From: Phoronis australis | Taxonomy: Eukaryota; Animalia; Phoronida | NCBI GenBank assembly: GCA_002633005.1 | Contig: NMRA01001023.1 | Location: 1 to 64,000, forward strand | Direction: 5' to 3' | Length of the DNA stretch: 64,000 nt | Shown here: piece by piece, positions 25,547 to 40,700 of the stretch | How positions within the stretch are numbered: position 1 is the stretch's first letter | How the letters are laid out: every line of letters begins with the position of its first letter | The notes under the pieces: generated by a model | Database searches by the model: none | The model's input: only the letters and a program-made list of their open reading frames with translations | Told to the model about the DNA's origin: nothing | Translations under genes and position numbers: made by a program

Positions 25547-27545
25547 TTTCTTCATTTGCGGGGCCATTTGCATGTACATCTACACCACTGCTTCATCATA
25601 GATACTCATATCTATAATCCATGGCTTCATAATACTCCTCCCTTTAGGTACTTAACGGATAATATCTTCTTAAAACTGCTTTGAGGTGATGATGTGGTAA
25701 CATTTATATAGTCCATAGGACAGAAGTTGGTGTAAAGAGGTCAGTGGATTTTGGCAATGATGTTTCCCTTGTCCATCTAATTGTACAATTTCCATAGCAT
25801 CAATGTTTCATGTCCGCCAGTGGTTTGAAGACTTCTCTCCAAAGCTTCCATCGATAGAATAAAGCGTGTTACACATCTTATGTTCTCTTCTTTTGTGACT
25901 TTAAAAATCACTTAAACATATGTTATCATAACCCGCATTCCAAGGAATGTGCATATGGTTCAATTTTATGCGCGTGCTCATGAAAAAAAATTCAAATTAC
26001 TTATCACAGTGCAACAGAAGAAACCTGATCGTTGTCACCATGCGCTAATTGACATTAACGAGACTGACCTCACACAAGATCCTAATAACAATTACATGGT
26101 ACCGTCCAATTTGCTGAATCATTTTACACTGCTAGAAAATTTTATAGACTAAAGAACGAAAAGGTTTAACTTGACGTTTGGGTTTTCATTACATGTTTCG
26201 CCTGTCGGTGACAGCACCAGAAACTGGTTATCGCAATGTAGTTGGCGTGGCAGTGCTATGTCAGACTGTCCGAGTTCTTGTACAGTGACATTTATAACTT
26301 GAACTGAATACAGCCGAATAACGTCCACATGAAATTATAGAACAATGTAAAAATTCTTATGATATGGAATTTCGCTTTTTGCTGGACAATTTGGCATGGG
26401 ATACTTACTCTGAAATGTATTGTGAATCTTTTTACACGTGCACGATTTTTATAAAAACATTGTCAATGACGCACACAGTGGTCAAGACAGGCTCGCGAAC
26501 TAACTAGTTAACGTCAAACTAGTGTAAGTGAATCTTTATGTTGAAATACTCAGTATACTCCATTTGGTATATCTCTTTGTATGTGTAATTAGGATTGCTA
26601 AGTAAATCATGAACTAAAACAATGGAATTCAAAGATGGCCCCGGTTCACAATCAGTTTGAAAAGCGGCAAAGCGTGTTTTTGGGAGATTGTTGTCGGTTA
26701 GGATAGGCTTCTTGAAGTTATTAGCTATGATCGAACTTGAAAACAGCAAAATCTGTTGCTTTTTATTTGAAATTGCCGACGTTAGCTTCCAGCAATTCCG
26801 TAAATTGTGAAATTGACGCTGGTGGCTTTCTCAGATGAACACGTACTAAATAGGCTAATCAGTGACTTGTCGTGGATTTACTTGCAAAGCGGCAGACTGG
26901 GACTGTTGAGGTCGTGGATTGAAAAGCTACGGGNTTGGAAGATAGTCATAACTCACTAGGTTATGTTTTGAAAGTTCAACGGGAAACGAAACCATGGACG
27001 TTCTCGCTTAGCACTAAGATTTTTTTACTGAATTACGATTTATCTTGGCTAAACTACAAGTCACGTTTCTGCTAACACCTTTCGTGCGTAGAGGAGAAAC
27101 CTTAATTAATATGTACATGGAGTTGAATAGATAGTGGACAATTAAAACTTTGGTTTGAATGCCTGTGAAATGTAATAAATAAATTGATAATGGTAATTAA
27201 TAAATTCTGTGGTTTACTTGACACGATTGGAAAATGGTTAGTCCGACCGAACACTTCGAGCGTGGAATTAAACCCACCTTCGTGTGTACTGTGGCTTCAC
27301 TAACCTGAGTTTCCTGATTCAATGACTCGTGTCATTTAAGCTGGCAGCCAATCAGGGCGCGAGAACAATCAGCACTGTCATTTTCCCAAATCATCTCCCA
27401 CAAACTTCCGTGTTACCGCGTTCAGTCTAGTCCGGTAACACTTCCTCCTTGAAAATCTGTACATGTTGATCGCTTGGAGGAGCTTCGGTCGTATTAGTCT
27501 TCGGCAACAGTTTGGTCAAGTCGTGTTGACTCGAGCAGTTCAAAA

Positions 27546-30500
27546 ATGTCTCCCGCAACTGTCACCATCATCCTGTTGCTCGGCCTCACTCTGAGTGTTT
27601 TCCATGTCAACGGGTGGTCTAAGGAGTGGATCGACAATCTGGACAGTAAAGGTGACGGCGAAGAAACGGACTTAAAGTCGTTCATCAACATACTCAGCAA
27701 ACCTCGGGTTCTCGACCGGTACAAACTTCATAAAATCGTAAGTATAAGCTAAACGCTTTGCTCCTTTTTTCTGTTTTTGCTCGTGTTTTTTTTTTCTTCT
27801 TTTTTCTTTTTCTGTTCCGGCTCATAGATGCACTCGGAAAATGAAAATGATAGTCAATAGGAGGGCACAGATCTGCTACAAATGAGAAACGGTATCAATT
27901 TTATTTTTTTATGCATTGACAAGAGACCGTCTTCAGGCCCGTAGGAAGGCAAAAATTATTAGTAGCACCAACCTTCGACTTCGCCAACCTACCTCCTTCC
28001 TATCGCTACACCCCCCACCCCGTTCTCTATGTCACCATATTTGTACCGACCCTCCGCGTCCGCCATAGGTGGGTTGGTTGGTAATACCTGAGATGCAGGC
28101 ATCAGGATTTGAGTAACCGTGAACCAACAAGGTATTTAGCGGTATGAAAGCGACTTCAAATATAGAACAGCATGTAAGATAGGGAAATGTATTAAAAAGT
28201 ACTTGAAGCTGTAACCCTATACTGTCCAGTAAAACATGCAGCAATAAGATAAGTTACATTCGAGGAATCATGGCTCGTGTGTATATATAATTAGGAAACA
28301 CGTGATCTCATCATAGACACAGTTCATGGTTTTATAACATATCACAATAGAATAGCCCAATTTGAAACAAATTTTAAAACCGAAACTCAAAAGCCTCAAT
28401 ATAGATTGATGTTAAAACACATCTATGTCTAGCAATAACATTAATTTGCTTACGAAAAATCTAAGTGCTCTAGGTTGTGAATACGTAATTACATTTAGTT
28501 TCGTTATCGTTTTAAGATTTGAGATGCAACATTTTTTATAAATTACTGTACGAATCCGAAACCTTGTGACTGTCACTTAACTTCATACAGTTTGAAAGTT
28601 TAAAGAGTAATATCCTGCTTAGTCACTACCTGAAATAAATTACATACCTGGTTACTCAGCCTCACAAAACATGTTTCGAACCATTTCACATAATGGCAGA
28701 AAATTTCCCACCAAAAAGCACAAAGTTTAGGACCCAGTTGCATAAAAGTTATACGCCCTATAGCAACAATGACGTCGCATTATCACCCGCCACGTTGTTA
28801 TTGTTGAAAACGCACCTGACGTCATGCAACCCAGCCCAGGTCTTATCGGCTAATAAAACTAAGTGTAGAAATGCCATCAAGTTTTATGAGGGTAGACAAC
28901 ATCCTTTCTAAGACTAGGCCATTTCACTGCAGTAGTAGTTGGTTCCCTGAATTCGTTTTGATCATAGCCACCAATCACGGCACATCACGGCAAGGAAAAT
29001 TGACAGACCTTTATGCTGGAGCCGATATCATGATTTCAATGTTTAGGCCGAAAGCAGAAAGAAGCTGCCCAATAATTATTCGGCAAAATGAAATTCGCCA
29101 CGGCAGGTATATTATCGCGGCGAAGTTTTCTTGTTTGCTTGCTTGATTTGTACGCAGGCTATAGAGCCCACATTTTACACCGATTGACCCTAAATTTAGG
29201 CCAAGCAAATAACTCCGCAAAATTCATGATCTTTTGCTTGTGATCAAAATCGGACTCAACATGGCGCTGGAAGACACATTTTTGGTCAATTTGCTTTAGA
29301 GTCATAGGTCTCTCTACTTGTCCTTTGCGAAAGTTTCGGAAAATTGGCATGTGGATGGTGTTAGAGATAATTCTGTATATTACAATCACCAACTTAAAAT
29401 TAGGATGAATTTTGTCAGTTGAAAGATATCATTAAAGAATAACAGTTCGCAACTTTTAGTCCTGTTTATTTTTTACATTATTTTACTATTAATTTTTATT
29501 TTTTTAAAAGTGGCCCGGGCTTCCTCGGAAACTTCATTGCTTATGGCGGCGGTTGATTGAGAACACAAAATGCACAAGTCAAGTGTTACTCATTACGGCG
29601 TCCATTTTAGGTGGTAGTGCACGACCAATAATAAAAATTTATTCAATCCACATTAAAATAAGTTCGAAAACATTTGGAGTAGTGTTCAGTGAGCATTATT
29701 GGAGTTGACGGGTCTGTCATTTGCACCAGTTACTGAGAACAGTCTCCACTGAGCTACAACGGTCTTGTCGTTTTTTCCAAGCTCAAAAACCACCCCTGAA
29801 TCTAAGAAAGGCACACGTTGAGATCTGTTTTGTCATCGAAAATCGCTGCAAGCGAGTGCGTTTGAACTGATAAGTGTTTTGATAAACTTTCACTAAAGAA
29901 AGGTGGCGCGAATCGTGAACACGTGCTTGCCACTTCCCGAAATATNTTCCTCGGAAACTTCATTGCTTATGGCGGCGGTTGATTGAGAACACAAAATGCA
30001 CGAGTCAAGTGTTACTCATTACGGCGTCCATTTTAGGTGATAGAGCACGACCAATAATAAAAATTTATTCAATCCAAATTAAATTAAGTTCGAAAACATT
30101 TGGAGTTGTGTTCAGTGAGCATTATTGGAGTTGACGGGTCTGTCATTTGCACCAGTTACTGAGAACAGTCTCCACTGAGCTACAACGGTCTTGTCGGTTT
30201 TTTCCAAGCTCAAAAACTACGATGACCCCTGAATCTAAGAAAGGCACACGTTGAGATTTGTTTTGTCATCGAAAATCGCTGCAATCGAGTGCGTTTGAAC
30301 TAATAAGTGTTTTGATAAACTTTCACTAAAGAAAGGTGGCGCGAATCGTGAACACGTGCTTGCCACTTCCCGAAATATCACGCGCCTCTCTTTTTGTGGT
30401 ATTCAAGCACAATGATACACGTAGGCTGGGCACATATCACACAGTTGGGCTGCTGTAGTCCTAAGCATTATATTTCACCACTGGTTTGCCAATCGCCATT

Positions 30501-33137
30501 CATATACAATGCACAGTGAGTCACAATAGTAACATAAAATTAAAAGCCGAATGGGGCACGCTAAGTCGTTTTTACTTGGGAGCAGCTCAGCTGAAAAGTG
30601 CATCAATGACTACCGTCCCAAAACGTGTCAAGCGTTGGATTCGGGATTTGGGTAGCGGCGTTTTCCTCTAATCACTACTCAGGTATATTTATGAACGAAA
30701 ACTTCTTCCAAATTCTATTCAAATTCCGCCTATTTATACTCATGGCTTTTTCACCGCGACATTCTAGGAAGACAACCCTCTACTACAGTTCGACTTCAAA
30801 AACTGTGGCTCTTCGAATGACATTCTCCAGATATCCAAAGTCTCCGTGTCTCCAGATCCAGTCAAACTACCCGGAAGCATAACCGTTTCTTTCACAGCAA
30901 AGATTCTACGAAACATCACTGCTCCACTCACCGTAAGTTATGCACGAGTTGCGGTGTCGTCAATGGTACTTGCATTTGCGGGGACTGTGTTAACATGAAC
31001 TATCAATATTTCTTAAAGACATCATTTGCAATATTGCAGCCCTCAAAGTATGTAAATGTCGGTGACCACGTTATTTATTTGTTGTAAACAATTTGATTGT
31101 TGTCTAACTAGTGTTACGACGATCGAGCTAGTTTCATGTTGCGAGTCATATTGCCGTGGCACTGTGCACTGTTTAGGCTACGGGTACTGTTGAGGAGAGT
31201 CCTGTGCAGAAGGCACAATGGAAGAGTGGTCTGCAGAACCATTCGGGACTCGTGCAGGCATTGATATTTTTAAACTAAGAAAAAAGCCTGATAAATTTTA
31301 CAAATTTCAGTTTCATACAAAACGTGATTGAAAGCAGAAGGCACAAAATATGGTTATTGGTTTTCCTGTTCACAAAATTACGTGATATCTGATGTGATGA
31401 ATTTACGACGAGGTTACATTTCTCCTCCAGTACTTGCCTTTGGATACGTTGTACGTCGCTAAGCTTTTCTTTCGTTACTTATAGGCTCAACTCTCGGTAG
31501 AGAAAAAGATCCTCGGGTTTTATTTATCCATTCCGTGTATAAAGAACGTCGGGTCGTGCACCTACAAGGACCTCTGTTCTATGATTCCTATCAAGCCCGG
31601 CCAACAATGTCCGGCATCTTTCCAGAAGTACAAGTTACCCTGCACGTGCCCCTTCCATGCGGTAAGACTCTTTGTGATACAGGCCCCAGTGCCCGGATGC
31701 ATGAAACACCCAAATAGGGACTCAACTATAAGGTCCCCAAGTCTTTTGGGGGTATTTGTGTCTTTATGGACTCACAGATGCAATGTTTTTCTATCATTTC
31801 ATGTTCATTATGAGCCCCTCTTTGATTAATGACATTTTCTAATAATATAACTAAAAACCGAGCCCAGAGTTCATCGAAAATAAATAGAGACTCAGCCCTT
31901 AAATTGAGGGTGTTGCATGAAAAGATCACTACTTATTTTAGATAAATTTGACAATTCACTCTCGATTTGCCAAAGTCAAAAGTTGACTTAGTAATGAAAC
32001 TAGAACAATACAAGAAAGGGCAATCGATGTCTTCAACAATCCAAAAACACGCATTAGATTTAGGGACCATAGTCGAGTCCCTATTGGGGACTGTTTCATG
32101 CAACTGGCCACAGGAGTCTGTTCCACGAACACTTTTTGTTATGTAAAGTATCGCATTCGGCGATAAACTGTTTTTTATTCAACCACAAAACGGTCACAGT
32201 CCGCCACTTTAGAAGTGGAGCAAAACCGTACTCGGCAGGTAAACGGTTAAAGATGGATCACGATCTGTTCAGGAAACTAAAAGATCAAATTAGGCCTTTT
32301 ACTCTCATGAAATTGGTCACACAAAACTCCTTATCATGATAGGATTCTATATTCCCATGCCTAAGAAAATCGAAACCACATAATACTCCCGTGAACGTTT
32401 CAAAGCTCATTTAGGTTGATTAATTTAAAATTGCGAATTCGAATGTGGCGCATGCCAAAAATACGCGTTGACTGTTACTTGAACTGGCAATAAAAATGCA
32501 ATCTTGTCATATTGAGGAAGATTATGAGAGCGATTCAAATTGTACACAAAATGAAGCTTTAAATTAAGCCAGTGTTTGAGGAACAGGAAAGTTTTACCTG
32601 AACTTAGACTCTTGAAAACTCCTTCTACTAGATCTCAGAAAACACAGATGTGAATAGGACTTTCCACCAAAAAACACACCGAGTCCTTCAGTGAAACCAG
32701 TGTCACGGTTTCAGGAGGAAGACAGTCTTTCTGCATGTATTTGAAGACTGACCTCGATTTCACAAAATGACTGGCAGCCTTCGACGAAAATTGAAGACTC
32801 GTAATAAAATCGGATTTTGTGTTTTATACAGTGGTTCTGGTCGAAGCTAATAACTTCATCAGAGGTCTGACCACGTCCATAAAACTGGACAAATTTGATT
32901 GATTTCGTAAACGAAATAACAACCTATCTCTTTATGCGCCTTCGAGTTCATTAATTTTTAACGGAGTGTGCTTCTTGTTTCTAGGGTTCTTACACTGTGC
33001 CTAAGGTCACAATGGAGGTCGGGAAAGTAAAGCTGCCATCCTTCCTTGCGAACGGCGACTACAAAATAAAAGTGAACCTCATGCATAAAGACACGCGGGT
33101 GGGGTGCTACGAAGTGAAGGCATCTCTGGTTATTTAG
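27546..33137 (+). CDS. GM2A: GM2 activator-like paralog 1, copy b (exons 27546-27737, 30768 or 30789-30932, 31485-31661, 32985-33137)
   Basis: Near-identical to 1099-5619 with intact splice sites and stop. Two amino-acid differences seen (IFGFY vs ILGFY; KET vs KDT). Confidence 0.9.
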
Positions 33138-34750
33138 TGGCGGGCGCTTTTGAGAAATTCTATAATTTTATATTGCAGCTCCGTCGGTACATACGTGATT
33201 CCCCTAAGTGAACTCACGTCAACATTCTTTAAGGAATGCAACGCTTTTTGTAAAATGTAAAAAGAACGCAACTAAAGAAACTAAAACGAGCTTGTATTTG
33301 TTTACTCATCGCTTGTTCTCTGCGTGTTTAAATAAACTACGATATCATCACGGTATTCAATCAATAGAATTCAACTGATCTGAACAGGCATGAAACATAA
33401 GAGGGTCGACACATGCAGTAACTAAACAAGATGCAAAACAATATGCACTGAAATGAGTGCAAATACTTTTTCCCGTGGCTCGTTTCCGGCTTACAATTGC
33501 GTCCAAGTCAGTTGGCCGCCATTCGGTGTTCGCTTGGATCGCAAAACCCTAGTAAAATAATGCATTCCTTTAGCGTTATGCAAGATACTGCTCTTACAGG
33601 TTAATCTTTGTTAGATTCTTTTATTAAACATTAACCTGAAACTATTTGCAAGATAGGCCATTAACCCACTTTTTGTTATTCAGAACAGTCGAGATTATAA
33701 ATTTTAACTTTGGTGGATACACGCACAGCAGATCTGGCCAAGAACTGTCACTCTTCTCTCAGAGATCACAGGATAGGCCTATGTCACGTTTAAGGAGGAG
33801 TCAGTCTATGTTATCTCTTCGCACACTTCGTACAGGAATACTATGAAGTAAGTCTTCCATGGCGAATGCTCTTACCGTAGATTCTCAACCCCGCTTATTC
33901 ACTCGATAACCCGGACAGGGAATGTCACAGCTATGTTGATTACTGTTGCACGTCCGATGCGATGGTAAGGCTCACTGGAAAACTAGGGTATAGGTTTGGG
34001 CACTTACGTGTTGGCCAAAATCACCAAGGACAAGTCAGCTATAGTGGGTATTCACATGTGTTGGGTAAAACTTGTAGACTATCGGTCATGAATATGCATT
34101 GTTTTGCCACCCTTGAATATGTACCTGATCAACGGTGAAGCTGCACTGGCAGCCTCTCCTATGACGTGTAAAGACAAATGGATGAGTGCAAATTATCAGT
34201 ACTGTAGCACAAAGGTTAATGTCATGAGGAACGGATCCACAGATGACTGACTAATTTTGCAGCCAAATGAGCTCAAATCTAGCGTTCAGTATTGAAACTG
34301 TCTTTTTTACCTCCAATATGCTTTCAGCTGAGCTGGTCTTGCCAACTTGTTAACCTTTGTCTCAAGGAATAATTGTCAATTCAGAAACTACTTCTCAGAA
34401 ACGAGTTATGACTAATTTTACACTGTGAATGGTCCTAAGCAAGTGCTGTTTTTGTACAAGTTTAAACAAAAGACACATAACAATATATTCAAGAAATAAT
34501 TATTTTTACCAATTTACAAATATTTACAATGAACATTGTGACAGGGAAAGCATATGTTCCAGTGTCACTTACTAAGTGTAAATTTTGTTGAAAACTCTTC
34601 AGAGACTCTGTCACACTGTCATGCCTCCAAAAGAGGCAGCAATGATATCAAATACAGGGTGTGCCAAGACCGGAACACAATTTGACACTGCTGTATTTCT
34701 ATAATGTGTCCATGCTTTTGAAACACTCTCTACTGTTGCCTAGGCGACCA

Positions 34751-37700
34751 TCATAATGTTGCCGACTTGAGATAGTTTACTAGACACAGGTTCTGATTAA
34801 ACATGGTCTGAAGATGATCCCACGCACAACTCTGGTGGGGCACTAGTTTCCTGGCTTCCTCCAACAGCACGGCCTCCTGGGAAATTAGGTCTCCAAACAC
34901 CTGTAATAAGAACAGAAGTAATGGTAGTTGTTATGACGACGACGACGGCGGTGATGACGACCACGACGACCAAGAAGGTTTCCACTTGTATTGCCTTTTT
35001 GTTTATGTAACAGACAAAATCGACACCCATAGCTTACACGGGTTCTCCATGTATTTAAAAATTAAATTACATATTACGCACTTAAAGCTCTCAGTGTAAC
35101 GTTCTACATTGTTATGCATGTTCTACTTGAAGTAACCCTGATCACCTGTCTCACATCTTAGTCGTATGTTTTTCTAACCATTTGGTTATTAAACTTGTAT
35201 CAACGGTCTCCGTGTTTAATTCTTTATGAAATACTAAAATTTTATTTACGTTTTTAAATAAACTTGCATTGTATCTTATTTCATAGTAGACGTATTTTTT
35301 TTCTGTTGTTATCTATATCGTTCTTCTTAATTGTTAATATCTGTTTAATTTACTGTTACTCGGTGGTCAGCAATTAGCGGCCTGTGCCTTTACTGGCCAC
35401 TCAGCCACATAACAATGCATGTTTTTATACGATTTAAAAAATAAAAGTTAATTCTCTCTCTCTTTCTCTGACCAATGGCAAAAAATAAGAAAATTTTCCA
35501 GGTGACATGGCATTCATCAAATAAATAGGCTTATGTGATAGAAATATTCTTTGTGTTGTAAACTTCAATTGCAAGGAAAGTTTATTTGCATGAATGATGT
35601 CAAAATAATGACAAAAAGAGATGCAAATAGAGGAAACTGGAAATCAATGTGAGGAAACCAAAAAGAGGAAAATTCCATGCCCTGCTTCACAGATAAATTT
35701 CCAGTGACTGTTTAACTTGAATACAATTTTGAATAAATAAGGTCAAGAAGAAACACCGAAATAAAACGAATCAATATGCCCTGTGGCCCCATGACACTGC
35801 TGACACCAATAGATGGCGGTGCACAACGCTGACCTTGATAAAAAGACCCAGAACCACTTGGATAAATTCAAAATTTGTCTTCCTGGTCAGTTGATGTCGA
35901 ACAAACTGTAGGAAGTTGACCAGTAGCTGGACAGAGCCACCACCCTCTGGACCCAGCATTCGTATTTCAGCATCCAGTCGTGATGGGCCCAGGTCTTTAA
36001 TGAAGTTCAACAGAACACCATCTGTAACAGACAATGAGGACAACTACTATGCTATACTGATACTGCAGATAACAACTAATTACTTGGACAAAATTCAGAA
36101 ATGAGAGACTCTAGCATGCCCCAACGGTAACCTCAAACACTTTTGTTCAATATAAATATCCAAGATGAAATGTCAATAACACAATTGCAGTTTTCTGTAT
36201 TGTCCTTTTATGCACCTTTTTAGTTTTCCATGAAATCCCCGAAAATCCCAATTTCGGATCACCCTTCATGCTTAAGTGGAAATTCCTAGCGTTTTAATAG
36301 GAGAAGACTGAGAGAACAGACATCTTTGAAACATGAAACTAGCCAAATTTGGCATACAATATAAAAATTCTGAAAAGAGACAAATGATTCAAGAGACAAA
36401 AGTGTTACACATTTACAAGCATCAATATGGGTTACACACGATCCCTTATTCATATGGCTTTTCCGCTGAAGCACCCTCACTAGACTACCATTTATAGTTC
36501 GCATTAATGAACAATCCTTATTAAGAGAGGCTATTGAAGTCGGTAATGGGACAAACAATGGCTGGTGATTTGATTACAAATGGAAAAACTACACCAAATT
36601 ATGCTTTAACTGTACATCAAGATGAGCCTCATACACAACTCACCAGTTGGGTCCTGCTGTAGCAGTCGTCCTAACTCTGACAACGGCTGGCTCAGATTGG
36701 TCTTCAAAACATGTGAATCCTATAACACCAAACCGGTGTTAATTACATAGTGGACAGAATTACATGGACCTGAGCTTGTTCAAAAGGAAATTACAAACAT
36801 AATTCTAAAACTCTTGCGTAGCAGACAGGGTCATTTTCTTATTTTAGCTAAATCTCACTACCTTTGGATGATGTCTACAACAGTATGTCCATATCCAAAA
36901 AACAGCGGATTTTTCAAAAGAAAAACAATTTTTTGTTCAAGTGATTTGCATATGTAACTGCATTCACCTAAGCTTCACAGACAGGCGCAGGCAGCCATGC
37001 ATCACATAAGTACTTGTCTAAAACTGTTTGGCAAGCCCATTTTAGACTCTCAGGACAGTTCATTTCAATACTTAATGTTGTATTAAAAAGACTACATCCA
37101 CTGCCAAGCTTCTACATACAGGCGTACGGGCCTAAATATGCACATATATGGGAACTACTTAATTTCTTATGATACTGAAGGTTTTTCATGGCGCACCTGC
37201 AAAAACATTTAAACTGGAAAATATCACTCTCAAGACTTTAAAATATATTTAGGCCTGCAGAATATTGCCGCAGGACTAAACCAATGTGTACCTGCTTTTC
37301 TTCGTTGTCTTCAATCGGGGCAAACTTTGGCTGTAGCCCGGGAATTGTGGGTAGAAAAAATGGTGCCAACTTTGGTACTTTAGGTGGCTCCTTAGGCTTG
37401 TTTTTCAACTACAAGAAAATTTTGTTATGTTCTGAAACTAATGTGAAATACATGTTTTTTAATAAAGCACCACTAACAGTGAAGATGAGGCCATAACAGC
37501 GGAGAGCAAATTTTAACAACGGTCTTGAGATAAGGATCTTCGCAGAATGTGAATGGCTGGTACTTCAACTTGAGCTCATATAGACAGAAACACATTTGAC
37601 TGGTTAGTAGGTTCATAGACTTCCATCCCTGGAATGCCAGATTCGATCTTGTGCTGGAGAGGTTATGCCGTCCATGGGTGGCATTTGCTTGCGTTCGTTT

Positions 37701-40700
37701 GTTCAGGTGTTAGTTCTTTACTGTCACTAAAACCTTTTGAAACTATGACAATTTTAACCGCATTGCATAAAAGTCATATCATTAGAAAACTATTCATAAA
37801 TTCTTGATGGTGTATGATTATACAAGAAGCAAAAAAAATAATTAAATTAATAAATAATTATCATTTTGCAAACCTCACAGGTTTAAAAAACACCAAGTGT
37901 TACCAAAATGCAAAAAAAATAACAAGGTGCTTCAGTAATGTAAAAAGAAAATGAACCAGAGGTTGTAACTTTAATGATTCAAAAAGATTTTTACCCTACC
38001 AAGACAAAGAATTTAGAACATGGATCCCTCACAGTTGCTGTGATGAATTGTAAGGCATACATCTTGGACTGTTGGTGCCATTTGACACACAGTTCTTCAG
38101 TAAAAAATTCAGGATGCAGTGACATTTACACAAAATGTGATAAACTAATTGCTTCAACTATCTGTCTGAAATTTGCAGATAAAGGGTTTCTGATAGATAA
38201 AAAATGAGCAAACATCTAGTGTGTAGCTTTGAAACGTACTGTTGATAGATCATGATAGCACAGTTGGTAGTGAAGGACTTTTTACAGTAGTTTATAAATC
38301 AACTCAATTCTTCAGAAAGTAAAAACTAGTGATCCTGATACACACCGCAGTAGTGTGTTTTGTCATAAACGAGACACTGGAACTCATTTTACGACTGTTA
38401 TGTTATGAAAGAAAGTGGACTCTGGAAAATGATAATATTCATGACAAAGAGACAATGTCATTTTGTACACACCTGTTAGTGGGGCCTAAACTTATCATTA
38501 AAATTGCAGAACAAATATTCAAAACCAAATGTCACTTCTTTCTGTAAAATGCAGTAACCTGATCTCAAAACTCCAAAATGTCTTGTTGAAAAACTCTTAG
38601 CATGTAGTTTGATAGGTTGTCGAAAGTAGTTCTAAGTTGAGCTGAAAAGGTATCAGAAGCCAGGTTATTCCAGGCATCCAATCAGGGCTAAGAGCAAGAG
38701 GGGTACGAAGAATGACCGGGTTGGTTGAGTAATTTTGTTGGCACATCGCTGGTTGTCTATCTGGAACCGAGCCCTACGAGTCTCGCTTGATGAACAAAAA
38801 TGACAAAATGAAAATGAAGTAATAAAATTAGGCTTGATTTCATAACTACAACACTCAGTCGAGTGGACAGCCAGAAATTCACAGTGTGAGTTTTCGCAGG
38901 TAGTTTCGGGGTCGCAAGCTCTAATAATAGAACACACTGGTCATGTGTGGGAGCTGGCATACCAGGGCTAGAGTTATATGGTAGGAGGAAAGGCCGTCCT
39001 GCCCCATGTTGCCAAATACACCTGCCTAAAGAGGGTGCTAGAGTTTTGCACGTCATGTCCTACCTTGATGAGGTCAAGTGAGAGGAGACTAAGCCACCTG
39101 GAACTAGGCAGTAGAGAGAGAGTGACCAACTCACTGGCCAGTTGGTCGGGCGACTTGTACTCGTCCACAAGTACCTCGACATGGGTGGTGTCAGGCTCGA
39201 ACTGCTTGTCATCTGAAGAAATAAGAATGGAGTGAAGACGTTTGACAAACTTCAGCTAAAGTTTACCTCCTTACTTGGTGAAGCATATATTTTCCATTAA
39301 GATTTCATCAACAAATGAATTGATGCATAGTGAAACTCCAAAATAATTATCAACAAAGTAAATCCTACTTTTTAATACTCATGGATTAAATTTTTTTATA
39401 TGTGACTTTTTGTCTAGCTCAGGTTAAGATATTATACCCATTGACTCCACCTCTACACACGCAAGTGTGACCCAGCAGTTCAACCAATTCAGCACACTAA
39501 CTATCTCTATAGCTTGAACTCTGAAACCCATGGGTGACAGCACTAGCAAAATATTCCTAATTGCTAACAAGCAACTTACTAAACAACCATCACTTTAACT
39601 TATCATTTCAGCACAGACAGCTGTATAACCCAGATCCAGAACTGGTTTGCTAACTAAAGCAGTACGTGCATTTACTAACAGCTATTATAGTTACCAAAAT
39701 GTAGGTCTCAAGCCACCCAGTAACTTCATAATGTATTGAGGACAGCATCGGATGAGAGTATAGAAAACATCACAAGACAAACTAGTTCCCACGTTACCAG
39801 AGTTACGGCTGGTAGTATTTTACATAAACCCATCGAAGAAGATGAAAGGTGTCTGTGCACTAGGAATATGGGTAAATTTTCAATGCAACATATAAGTCTT
39901 ATTTCTCAATATATTATTAATACAGTTTAAAATATTCACCAATACCTTCAGCTTGTGAGCTTGTGCTGGGTAATTCAAGCACTTGGGGCTCAAAGTCTGC
40001 TGGCAGAGCAGCCAGGGGCACGTGACTGTACAGCGTCTTATTGGACCAGAGGTAGACGGAGAGGTCATCCACGTGACAAGTGACCAAAAACTCTGATGTA
40101 GGGGACATGACAAGGCTAGTGACAGGTACGTCTGTCAGGAAGCAGTCGATGAGCGCGCCGGACGGCAGGTTCCACACACGTACTGTACAGTTCATGCAGG
40201 ACGACACCAGCCAATGAGAGTTGGGGCTGAATGCCTGTTGAGTTTTATAATTAAAACAGATGTAGTTGCACACAAGTGACACAGCAATCACTAGGAGAAA
40301 GTTGAAAATTATAACTGAGATGCATCATGATTTTCATTTTCAACTTTCTTCTGTTACTATGGCCACAAACTAGTGTTCCAGCAATCACTCTTCCTTAACA
40401 AACAAAATGAAAGTTAACAGACAATTTTTTATTACAAAAGGGCTTCTTTATCAATGCATAAGTGTAAGGAATTCAAATTTTACAAATGTTCAGGTAAATA
40501 TAAGATTGAATTATAATTAAATTCACACAATGACACCTGCTTTTTCACAATAGACCTCGCTAATTAACGTCTAAGACAGAAAGGTGACAATTTTTGCCCC
40601 TGTTGCAGTCACAACTGTGGAATCTCTCACCAGTTCTGTGAGGTCCACCATTGGGAAACCCACATCGGGTCCTATAAATTCTGAGTTTGCAGCTGCGTGT

